Assembly: GCA_947489925.1 (NCBI GenBank)
Contig: CANLFK010000002.1
Span: forward strand, 1-33,175
DNA from: Candidatus Caenarcanales bacterium
GTDB taxonomy: Bacteria; Cyanobacteriota; Vampirovibrionia; Caenarcaniphilales; Caenarcanaceae
Direction: 5' to 3'
Length of the DNA: 33,175 nucleotides
Every line of letters begins with the position of its first letter. Position 1 is the first letter of the stretch. Below are positions 25,263 through 33,175 of the stretch, in pieces. A program made the translations under genes and the position numbers. Below the pieces are notes generated by a model. It worked only from the letters and a program-made list of their open reading frames with translations, was not told the DNA's origin and made no database searches.

Positions 25263-28200
25263 ATGAGTGAAACGATTCCATCTAAAGAAAAGTATGAGCT
25301 AATTGAGAATGCTTATAAAAATGGCAAATTGTGTCTGTTTATTGGTGCTGGAATATCTAATTTAGCTGGTTGTCCTACATGGACAGAGTTGTGTCAAGCA
25401 ATTATAAAAGATGAGCAAATAGGTACTAATGATTTCCAGTATAAAGAGTCTTTAAAGAAAGAAACAGATAATAAAAAACTTTTGACAGTTATTTATAAAT
25501 TATTTGAAGACAAAAGAGAAGATAAAGAAGAAGCTAAAAAAAGTTTTTTTAATATTATAAAAACCCATTTGGAATCAAAGGAAAAAAAACACGATCAAGA
25601 AAAAGATAAAAATATATACAAAATTATTCAAAAATTACAAAATGTTTTAAAAATAACTACTAATGCGGATAAAGTAATCGATAAATATCTAAAAGGTCTT
25701 AGAGAAGTTACTTATAAAGATTTTACAAGTGACAAGTTACCTTTAATAGAAAATTCTTCAAGTAGAAATAAGCTGAATCAACTTTTTAAAATTCATGGAA
25801 CGGTTTCGCCTCAAGAACAGGGAGATTATGAGCAGCTAATTTTTACAACACCAAATTATTTAAAAAGATATAAAGACTTAGAGTTTATAAAATTCTTAAA
25901 AGATTTATTTGAACAGTACACAGTATTATTTATTGGTTATGGATTAAAGGAATTTGAGCTACTGCAATATGCTCTCCCAGAAAAAGAATTAACAAAAAAA
26001 CATTTTCTTTTAAAAGGTTATTGTTCTTTTGAAAAAATAGAAAAAGACTTTGACGAGATTTATCTTGAAGAATTAGGTATTGAATTAATTGATTTTAATC
26101 ATGATAAGTTAGGCTATGAGCAGTTAATTGTTGTTTTGGAAAAGTGGGTTAATTCATTACTTATAAAAGATTTTGCTATAGCTAGAGAAACTATTAAAAA
26201 GTCAGACATTTCATTTGAAGAGATTAACGCTTTGTTAATAGAACATAAAGTAAAAGAAAAATATGATACACAAGAGCAAATTTTTAGAGATGCTTTGAAT
26301 CATGTACCGAAAGAGACTTATTTGAAATGGTTAGAAGGACTGAAACGCAATGGATTTTTAGAACCACAAAACTTTATGAAAATAGGTTTAAGCAAAGATG
26401 AAGAAGGAAAAGACTGGGCTTCTTACTCATCTCTTTTTACTTTTCTGATCAAAATAAACAAAGAACCTTCTCAGAAAAGTGATACTGATAATCTTTTTAT
26501 TGAATTAGTTGATAGTTTTATAGATTTTCTGAAGGATAAAAAAGATAAGCAAGAGGAAGTAATATATAATCCTAATTCAAGAGCGTGTTTAATCGAAATA
26601 ATTTGTAATTTTGAGCTTGAACAATTAAGTGAAAAACACATTGAATTTTTAGGAGAAAAGTATTTAAGTCGTTCAACTATTAGTATTAAAGAAAAACTAT
26701 TACCCAAATTATTAAAAAAAGACAGTGAGCCAAAATTATTTTTTTGTTTTATTAAAAGTGTTTTACTTTCAAGCTCAGTAGATCAACTTTCAATTGAAAA
26801 GCTTTTAGAAAATTATTATTCAAAAATTATAAATAAAGATAGAGAAAAATTAATTGATATTTGCGAAGAGCGTATAAATTTTATTGAAAAAGAAAGTACT
26901 TCAAAAAATTCAAACCTAATTAGTTTTTGGGCTTTTAGAATAAGGAAAATAATAAAACAACAGAAGCCAGATTCTAAATACCGTGATTCTGATTTCTTTG
27001 AGAAACTATCTGTTTATTTTTTATATATGACTTTATTAGAACAAAGTACTGATTACTTAAAGAATAAAGTTCAAGAATATTTAAAGAAAGACAAATCTAT
27101 TTATCAAAGAATAGCAATATTTGTTATTAATCATAAATACGATGAACTGAAAGATTTGCTTTGGAATTTACCTTTCAATCCATTTATTAATTATTCAATT
27201 AAGCCCGAATTTTTTATACTTTTACAGAATCATCAAGACTTAAACACGGAAGAAGTAGATAAGTTTTTTAGCTGGTTAGATGAATATGACTTAAATAAAA
27301 AATTTTATAATGAAGAAGATGAAGCACAAAAAGAAGAAATAAGAGCATATCAGAGACAGCTAAAAATAGTTTTATTACAAAAAGAAGATAAAACCTTTTG
27401 CAATCAAAAGCTTGCTGATGAATATAAAAAGCTGGCAGAAAAAACAGGAAAAGATAAGTGGTCAAAAGAAGACTTAGATGGTTCTCTTATAGGAGAAGTT
27501 AAGCTTTATACAATTAATGAAGTTCATATTGCTGAAACATTGGACTTAGGTACTCAGCTTAGTTCAAAAAATTCCGTAAAAGAAGTACTTGAATATATTA
27601 AAAATTATAAACCTTCAGAAGATGAATTAAAAAAATTAAAACATAATTCGTTTGACTGGACTTCTGGGCTTGGTGAAGCTTTAGAAAATGATATAAAACA
27701 AAAACCTGAAAAATATTTGACCAAAGAAATATACGAATTTTTAGATTCAGCAAATTTCATACAAATAGAAACTAATTCTTGGGATTATGATTGTTCTCAA
27801 AAATATACTCTCTCTTTATTTATAGAATCATTGCAAAGCTTAAATCTTTTAGAGCTTGTGTCAGAAGAAGAAATTCAATGTTTATTAGTTTTTTTAGAAG
27901 AGTTAATAAATTCTCGTGAAACTGATAGTGATGATTCTTTATTGCGTCATATCAGTGAATTACTAATCAAATTAATTAATAAATCAACACTTTCAAATAT
28001 TGAAAAATTATTATTACAATGTGCAGAAAAAACAGAAGATAATAAGACTTATGATCACTGGAAAGATGAGCCACTAAATGGTTATTTAAATGCTCCAAGA
28101 GGTGTAATTTTAGATAATCTAATGCAATTTGTTTTAGAAGAAGCAAAAATAAAAGAAAGTAAATTATTTAATTCAAATATTTTAGATTATTTTGAAAAGT

Positions 28201-29054
28201 GTTTAGATTCAGCTAGTACATCAGATTATCCACATTTATGGTGCTGTCTAGGATTATTCTTTTTTTATATTAACTCCGCCAATAAAGATTGGGCAGAAAA
28301 GAATGTGAATAAAATATTTCCAAAAGATAAAGACGATAAGTGGTATGCTGCATTTTACTCTTATTGTTACCGAGCATGGCATATTGGCTTAAATGAAAAG
28401 CTAAGTAAAGTTTTTATAGAAGCTGGACATTATGATAAAGCAATAAAATATCAAGTACTTAAAGAAGGAAGTGATTTTTATAGAATAATAGCAAATCAAA
28501 TAGCTTCACTATCAGTATTACCAAAAGGAGACACTGAATTAATACTGCTAAATGATTTAATATCAAATGGTACTAATGATTTATTTAAAAGCTTTCTTGG
28601 AGAATTTAGAGTAGGTAGATATTCAGACTCACAAAAAATTGACCTTAAAAAGATTTGGCAACAATGCTTAGATAGATTAAACAAGGAAGAGAAAAAAGAT
28701 ACTTATTTGTACTTATCTTTAGCGGAATGGATAGAGTTAATAAAAGACTTAGATGCAGGTTTTGAAAAACTTTTAAGAGATACTTTAGAACTTCCTCTTG
28801 AGAAGCATTCACAAATTGATGACTTTTATTTTTTATTTGAAAGCTTTGCTAAATTATCTGAGAAATCTGAAGAGCAAGCTAAATTTGTAGCTGATTTATG
28901 GATATTTTTAATTGAGCACCCTTACTCAAGACTAATTAACTATCCCGAAGAAGAGATTAAACAAACTTTAGAAAATATCCAAAAGCATTCATTTAGAGAA
29001 GCGGAAAGCATTAAAGATATTTATAAAAATAGATGGGATTATACTTTTTCTTAG
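25263..29054 (+). CDS. Large SIR2-domain protein: N-terminal SIR2_2-type NADase-like domain (about aa 15-300) plus about 960-aa unassigned alpha-helical region; DSR-like candidate defence protein
   Basis: Uninterrupted 1263-aa ORF. The motifs, in canonical SIR2_2 order, are LFIGAGIS (GAG at 25344-25352), the ITTNAD Asn motif (Asn134 at 25662-25664), FKIHGT (His178 at 25794-25796) and LFIGYGLKEFEL (aa 222-233). The rest is K/E/L/I/N-rich with no motif I can assign. Confidence 0.8.
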   Translation: MSETIPSKEKYELIENAYKNGKLCLFIGAGISNLAGCPTWTELCQAIIKDEQIGTNDFQYKESLKKETDNKKLLTVIYKLFEDKREDKEEAKKSFFNIIKTHLESKEKKHDQEKDKNIYKIIQKLQNVLKITTNADKVIDKYLKGLREVTYKDFTSDKLPLIENSSSRNKLNQLFKIHGTVSPQEQGDYEQLIFTTPNYLKRYKDLEFIKFLKDLFEQYTVLFIGYGLKEFELLQYALPEKELTKKHFLLKGYCSFEKIEKDFDEIYLEELGIELIDFNHDKLGYEQLIVVLEKWVNSLLIKDFAIARETIKKSDISFEEINALLIEHKVKEKYDTQEQIFRDALNHVPKETYLKWLEGLKRNGFLEPQNFMKIGLSKDEEGKDWASYSSLFTFLIKINKEPSQKSDTDNLFIELVDSFIDFLKDKKDKQEEVIYNPNSRACLIEIICNFELEQLSEKHIEFLGEKYLSRSTISIKEKLLPKLLKKDSEPKLFFCFIKSVLLSSSVDQLSIEKLLENYYSKIINKDREKLIDICEERINFIEKESTSKNSNLISFWAFRIRKIIKQQKPDSKYRDSDFFEKLSVYFLYMTLLEQSTDYLKNKVQEYLKKDKSIYQRIAIFVINHKYDELKDLLWNLPFNPFINYSIKPEFFILLQNHQDLNTEEVDKFFSWLDEYDLNKKFYNEEDEAQKEEIRAYQRQLKIVLLQKEDKTFCNQKLADEYKKLAEKTGKDKWSKEDLDGSLIGEVKLYTINEVHIAETLDLGTQLSSKNSVKEVLEYIKNYKPSEDELKKLKHNSFDWTSGLGEALENDIKQKPEKYLTKEIYEFLDSANFIQIETNSWDYDCSQKYTLSLFIESLQSLNLLELVSEEEIQCLLVFLEELINSRETDSDDSLLRHISELLIKLINKSTLSNIEKLLLQCAEKTEDNKTYDHWKDEPLNGYLNAPRGVILDNLMQFVLEEAKIKESKLFNSNILDYFEKCLDSASTSDYPHLWCCLGLFFFYINSANKDWAEKNVNKIFPKDKDDKWYAAFYSYCYRAWHIGLNEKLSKVFIEAGHYDKAIKYQVLKEGSDFYRIIANQIASLSVLPKGDTELILLNDLISNGTNDLFKSFLGEFRVGRYSDSQKIDLKKIWQQCLDRLNKEEKKDTYLYLSLAEWIELIKDLDAGFEKLLRDTLELPLEKHSQIDDFYFLFESFAKLSEKSEEQAKFVADLWIFLIEHPYSRLINYPEEEIKQTLENIQKHSFREAESIKDIYKNRWDYTFS

Positions 29055-29182
29055 TCCAGAACCTCATAGCCAGAGTCCAAATTTAGCGGATAAATGGATT
29101 GTTTAAGTATTAAAGAAATGAGTAAAATAAAACTATGAGAGCAAATAAAACAATGAAAATTTTAGAGTTAATCAATAAAGAA

Positions 29183-29422
29183 TTAATTATTTGAAGGCTT
29201 AAAGCCATTTTGTATTCCAAAGCCTTTTATTGAGTCAAGGTTTATATTATTATTACTGTTTAGTTTGAATGAATCATCGGCTAATTGATTGGGTTTAAGA
29301 TTATTAGACTCATTAGTTTTAGTTTTATCTTTATTAGTATGATTTAAAGCTTTACTTAAAATGTTGTCTAAATCACTTTTTTTTCCTAAAAATGGATTTT
29401 CTCTTTCAAAATTAATACTCAT
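29183..29422 (-). CDS. Hypothetical low-complexity small protein (79 aa), downstream of pyrG
   Basis: ORF only; N/K/S-rich with no recognisable motif. Confidence 0.3.
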   Translation of the reverse strand: MSINFERENPFLGKKSDLDNILSKALNHTNKDKTKTNESNNLKPNQLADDSFKLNSNNNINLDSIKGFGIQNGFKPSNN

Positions 29423-29580
29423 AAAAAGCTAAACTCTCAGTTCGGTTGATTTATATAATTTATTAAAAAAGACTTTCTTTAAATTTAAGTTAAATATACT
29501 CTTTTAATGGGGCTTAATATCAATTTTCTAGGGTTATACAAATTTAATTTTGGTGTTTTCCCATTAAGTTTTATTTTTAT

Positions 29581-31215
29581 TTAAAACCCCAAGCAAGCCT
29601 TTATAAAAGATAAAAATAAAGGATGAACTTTGTCTGGGCGAGATTTGTATTCTGGATGAAATTGTGTACCAACAAAAAATGGATGTTTGTCTTTTGGTAT
29701 TTCAATAATTTCAACTAATTTACCATCTGGCGACCGACCCGCCACAATTAAACCAGCTTCTTTTAGTTTATTACCAAATAAATTATTAAATTCATATCTA
29801 TGTCTATGTCTTTCATTTATAGTTTTAGTTTTATAAGCTTCCAGCGAAATACTATTATTTTCCAATTCACAAGGATAGCTTCCCAGCCTCATAGTACCGC
29901 CTTTATCGGTATTATCTGATTGACCTGGCAAAAAGTCTATTACTGGATGAGGAGTATCATTAGCAAACTCGGTACTATTTGCCCCCGAAAGCCCCGCCAC
30001 ATTTCTGGCAAACTCAATAACCGCACATTGCATACCCAAGCACAAACCCAAAAATGGAATTTTATTTTCACGAGCGTATTGAATAGCTCTTATTTTGCCT
30101 TCTATTCCACGATCTCCAAATCCACCTGGTACTAAAATACCTTTTACATCTTCAAAAGCTTCTTCCAGAGACAAATTCTTTTTATTAAATTCTTCAATAT
30201 CTTCAGATAAAACCCACTTAACTTCGATTTCAGAATCCTGCACGGCTGAAGCATGACGCAAAGATTCAATTACGCTGATATAAGCATCGCTTAGTTTTGT
30301 ATATTTACCGACAATGGCGATTTTAATTTTTTGAGTTGGATTTTTAATTTTCTCGACAACCGACTTCCAAGAATCAATATTTAAAGCTCTTTCTTCCAAT
30401 TGCAAGCGATTTAATAGTCTTTTGGTTAAATTTTGTTCTTCTAAGTTTAAAGGAACTTCATAAATTGATTTAACATCTCGACATTCAATAACCGAATCCA
30501 GAGCGACATCTGAAAATAAAGATAATTTTTCTCTAATTTGTTTGGAAACTGGCTTTTCTGCCCGACAGACTAAAATATCTGGATTTATGCCACGACCACG
30601 CAATATTTCGACTGAATGCTGAGTTGGTTTGGTTTTTAGCTCATTGGTTGCTTTTAAATTAGGAATTAAAGTTACATGCAAATAAGCGACATTATTCCAA
30701 CCAACATCTTTTTTTATTTGTCTGATTGATTCAAGAAAAATTAAGCTCTCAATATCTCCGACTGTGCCACCAACTTCGACTATTACAATTTCAGATTCAG
30801 TTGTATAAGCGGCTTCAAAGATTTTAGTTTTAATTTGATTTGAAACATGAGGTACCATTTGAACTGTTCCGCCCAAATATTCACCTTTTCGCTCTTTATT
30901 AATTACCGAAAGATAAATTTGTCCAGCCGTTACATTATTGATTTTAAATAAATTAGAACCAGTAAACCTTTCATAATGCCCTAAATCCAGATCTGTTTCG
31001 GCACCGTCTTCAGTTACAAAAACTTCTCCGTGCTGATAAGGACTCATAGTACCTGGATCAACATTTAAATATGGATCGAGTTTTTGAATAGTAACTTTAT
31101 AGCCCCGCCCTTTGAGTAAAAGCCCCAAAGAAGAAGCAATTATACCTTTACCTAAGCTACTGACGACTCCACCAGTAATAAAAACATATTTTGGATTAAT
31201 TGAATTAGTTGGCAT
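29581..31215 (-). CDS. pyrG: CTP synthase
   Basis: 544 aa. It shows [53 protein letters not shown], the GATase Cys in GLCLGMQ, and HRHRYEFN. Confidence 0.95.
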   Translation of the reverse strand: MPTNSINPKYVFITGGVVSSLGKGIIASSLGLLLKGRGYKVTIQKLDPYLNVDPGTMSPYQHGEVFVTEDGAETDLDLGHYERFTGSNLFKINNVTAGQIYLSVINKERKGEYLGGTVQMVPHVSNQIKTKIFEAAYTTESEIVIVEVGGTVGDIESLIFLESIRQIKKDVGWNNVAYLHVTLIPNLKATNELKTKPTQHSVEILRGRGINPDILVCRAEKPVSKQIREKLSLFSDVALDSVIECRDVKSIYEVPLNLEEQNLTKRLLNRLQLEERALNIDSWKSVVEKIKNPTQKIKIAIVGKYTKLSDAYISVIESLRHASAVQDSEIEVKWVLSEDIEEFNKKNLSLEEAFEDVKGILVPGGFGDRGIEGKIRAIQYARENKIPFLGLCLGMQCAVIEFARNVAGLSGANSTEFANDTPHPVIDFLPGQSDNTDKGGTMRLGSYPCELENNSISLEAYKTKTINERHRHRYEFNNLFGNKLKEAGLIVAGRSPDGKLVEIIEIPKDKHPFFVGTQFHPEYKSRPDKVHPLFLSFIKACLGF

Positions 31216-31218
31216 TGT

Positions 31219-31521
31219 TTAATCAGCCATTTTAGGCACTTTAAAGAAATTACCTTCCATTTGGGGAGCTATTTTGATCATTTTATCAATTATATTTTTG
31301 CTTAAATCATTTAATTCATCTGCTCTCAAAGGAGTTTCATTTAAGCCGCCAGAAGGCTGAGCCAAAGGTTGAATATTGTCAGTATTTATAGAATTTAAGC
31401 TTTCAACATAATTAAAAATTTTACTTAATTCACTCGCAAAGACAGGTAATTCATCTTCAGGAATAGCTAAGCGGGCTAATTTGGCAATATTGGCAATTTC
31501 TAAGGTTGAGATTTCAGTCAT
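31219..31521 (-). CDS. gatC: Asp-tRNA(Asn)/Glu-tRNA(Gln) amidotransferase subunit C
   Basis: 100 aa. IANIAKLARLAIPEDELPVFASELSKIFNYVESLNSINTDNIQPLA is the GatC pattern. The gene ends 3 nt upstream of pyrG. Confidence 0.85.
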   Translation of the reverse strand: MTEISTLEIANIAKLARLAIPEDELPVFASELSKIFNYVESLNSINTDNIQPLAQPSGGLNETPLRADELNDLSKNIIDKMIKIAPQMEGNFFKVPKMAD

Positions 31522-31606
31522 TATAAATTAATTTTTTAATTACAAATAATGCTTCATTTTAATTCTTGAAGTGTGATTTTAGCTAATTTATTTGACCAGT
31601 TTGAAA

Positions 31607-31895
31607 ATTACTATAACAATCCCAGACTAAAATAGACCTTGAATATTTTATGACTTAATAAACCCCCCAGCCCCCTTGACAGAGGGAGTTCTGGAATTTT
31701 TATTGAAAAACTATCAAGTTTAAAGCTAGACTTAAACCATCAGATAAGCTTTTAACTGATTAAAAAATATAATCTTGGGAATACTAAAACATTTAGTTCC
31801 CCCTGTCAAGGGGGCGAAGGGGGTTTAGCAAATGAAATTCTTTAGAAACTAATTAAACACTAGTTCACTTTATTTCGGGATTGCTATAATAAAAT
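31607..31895. repeat. Nested imperfect inverted repeat (about 290 bp) with GC-rich inner arms; MITE-like element or structured RNA
   Basis: The inner arms are taaaccccccagcccccttgacagagggag (31659-31688) and ttccccctgtcaagggggcgaagggggttta (31797-31827), which are reverse complements apart from small indels. The outer arms are attactataacaatccc (31607-31623) and gggattgctataat (31877-31890). The right inner arm itself contains the hairpin CCCCCT-gtca-AGGGGG. Confidence 0.6.
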
Positions 31896-32304
31896 ATGTA
31901 AAACACTTAACAATAAACTATAAAAGTTAAATTTATTACTATGAAAATCCCAGTTTCCAACGGATCAATTAAGGCTTTATCTAATTTAAAAACATCTAAA
32001 TCTCAGGCTGGGTTCAGTAATAAAGTACCTGCATCATTGGTTAGTAGCATAGAAGCACTTAAGGAAATAAAAACTTTGTATTCTTTTTGATTTAATAAAA
32101 GCAGTAATGAAATTACGAGAGAGTATTAAATTCTCAGAAATTCCAGCAGTAAATGATTATTTCAAGCAATTAAATATAGGGATTTCTTGTAAATCAAATA
32201 CTTTTAAAGTTAAAACACCTTGGATAAGCCCAACTAATGTAATAACAATAAATTAATTGTATAAATAAATTATAATATTTTGATTATTAAATACTTTATT
32301 TTGC

Positions 32305-33175
32305 ATGAATCCTTTACCAAATAAAGAACAAAAACCAAAAAAAAGAATTTTTATTATAAAGCTTATATTATTGAGTTTTACGCTTTTGATCAGCTTTGGA
32401 TTTACTTATTCTCATTATTATTATAAAAATTCTTTAAATATTCCTAATCCGCTTAATTATAATTTGCAAAAGCCAGTCATTATCATGGTTGCTGGCACTG
32501 ATCAAGAATATAAAACAAGTAAATATGGTTATGCTGTTAAAGTCAAAAATACTTTTCATGGAAGAACAGACACTATTATTTTATTCAAATTTGATCCAAT
32601 AAATAAAAGAATAGTTGCTCTCAATATACCAAGAGATACAAGGGTTTTTATCAATGGCAAAAGTCCAGATAAAATCAATTCGATTAATGTTTTGGGTGGA
32701 CCAACTGCTTTAAGAAATTCACTTGAAAGACTTTTTGATTTAAAAATAGACCATTTCATTTTAGTTGATACAAAAGGTGTTGAAAAAATTATTGATGAAG
32801 CAGGTGGCATTGCAGTTGATATTCCCAAGAGAATGGTTTACAGAGATAAAACTGATGGCTTAAATATTAATCTGGAAGCTGGAAGACAAACTTTAACTGG
32901 TAAGCAAGCTGTTGGTTTTTTGCGTTTTCGGCATGATAATTTGGGCGATATTGGTCGTATTCAAAGGCAACAAATTTTCTTGAGAGCTATTAAACAAAAA
33001 CTAGCTGATCCATCTTTGTATGCCAGAATTCCACAATTAATTAAAGCCTCTCTGGATAGTGTTTTAACCGATTCAAATTTAACTTTTATTGATTTAATTA
33101 AATTAAGTAATTTCACCAAAAGCTTGCCCGAAAATTCACATATTTTTGCTACTTTACCAGGTGATTTTTCAATGC
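32305..33175 (+). CDS. LytR-CpsA-Psr (LCP) family protein, N-terminal 290 aa (runs off the window end)
   Basis: Hand translation from ATG 32305: MNPLPNKEQKPKKRIFIIKLILLSFTLLISFGF (TM anchor) ...GTDQ...GRTDTIILFKFDPINKRIVALNIPRDTRV...KINSINVLGGP...LKIDHFILVDTKGVEKIIDEAGGIAVDIP...LTGKQAVGFLRFRHDNLGDIGRIQRQQIFLRAI. These are the hallmark LCP blocks (RTDT, SIPRD, R.R, D..R..RQQ). It is missing from the ORF track because there is no stop codon inside the window. Confidence 0.85.
   Translation, partial: MNPLPNKEQKPKKRIFIIKLILLSFTLLISFGFTYSHYYYKNSLNIPNPLNYNLQKPVIIMVAGTDQEYKTSKYGYAVKVKNTFHGRTDTIILFKFDPINKRIVALNIPRDTRVFINGKSPDKINSINVLGGPTALRNSLERLFDLKIDHFILVDTKGVEKIIDEAGGIAVDIPKRMVYRDKTDGLNINLEAGRQTLTGKQAVGFLRFRHDNLGDIGRIQRQQIFLRAIKQKLADPSLYARIPQLIKASLDSVLTDSNLTFIDLIKLSNFTKSLPENSHIFATLPGDFSM

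Noticed and set aside
31941-32256. Two consecutive 49-codon plus-strand ORFs (31941-32090, MKIPVSNGSIKALSNLK...; 32107-32256, MKLRESIKFSEIPAVNDYF...) upstream of the LCP gene.
   Set aside because: They have no recognisable motif and no RBS, and such short ORFs are expected by chance. They are mentioned under the intergenic finding but not called as CDS.
997-32828. Short track ORFs nested inside, or antisense to, well-supported genes: 997-1188, 2014-2292, 2790-2972, 5806-6057, 6787-7119, 8370-8630, 9650-9871, 12809-13027, 15590-15793, 16158-16361, 16186-16479, 17389-17577, 18515-18793, 26471-26707, 27268-27465, 28496-28684, 29920-30135, 32556-32828.
   Set aside because: Each lies entirely within a longer ORF that has clear family motifs. 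Their translations are low-complexity or hydrophobic strings typical of alternative frames in AT-rich DNA, and none shows a recognisable motif.
1-33175. CRISPR arrays, tRNA/rRNA/tmRNA genes, transposases, integrases, prophage structural genes, and riboswitches (for example a glutamine riboswitch ahead of glnA, or T-box/pyr leaders).
   Set aside because: Reading both strands, I found no regularly spaced direct repeats, no tRNA T-arm-like GGTTCGAAT-type motifs, no DDE or tyrosine-recombinase-like ORFs and no conserved riboswitch cores. This absence is by eye only; Infernal/Rfam and tRNAscan-SE would be the definitive checks.

Overview
This is an AT-rich, gene-dense bacterial chromosomal segment read with the standard genetic code. 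Almost no gene start has a Shine-Dalgarno motif upstream. A long (about 210 aa) cyanobacterial-style NusB weakly hints at a Cyanobacteria/Melainabacteria-related or other uncultivated lineage, but I cannot establish that from the sequence.

The backbone is housekeeping: elbB (partial), coaE, a YbgC-like thioesterase, nusB, a Cys/Met-family PLP enzyme, GTP-dependent PEP carboxykinase, rsmA, a CAP-domain secreted protein, gmk, pyrH, a NUDIX hydrolase, lspA, typA, dnaB, an ABC exporter, ilvE, glnA, pyrG, gatC and a partial LCP-family gene.

Several accessory pieces sit in this backbone:
1. 257-4290: a minus-strand restriction-modification-like island. Two m5C methyltransferases bracket an HNH nuclease, a Cys4 mini-ORF, an 82-bp GC-rich insert and a frameshifted DUF3883-type nuclease gene.
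2. 18627-19652: a 342-aa LAGLIDADG intein that splits the DnaB Walker A motif.
3. 22100-22432: an orphan hicB cassette flanked by 39-bp direct repeats that duplicate the 5' end of the ABC exporter gene.
4. 25263-29054: a stand-alone 1263-aa protein with an N-terminal SIR2-type NADase domain and about 960 aa of unassigned helical sequence, wedged between glnA and pyrG. This is my best candidate for an undescribed or divergent single-gene anti-phage system.
5. 31607-31895: a nested, GC-rich-cored inverted repeat about 290 bp long, inside an unusually long intergenic region.

I saw no rRNA, tRNA, CRISPR array, transposase or integrase. All protein calls rest on motifs I read in the supplied or hand-made translations; no database search was run.
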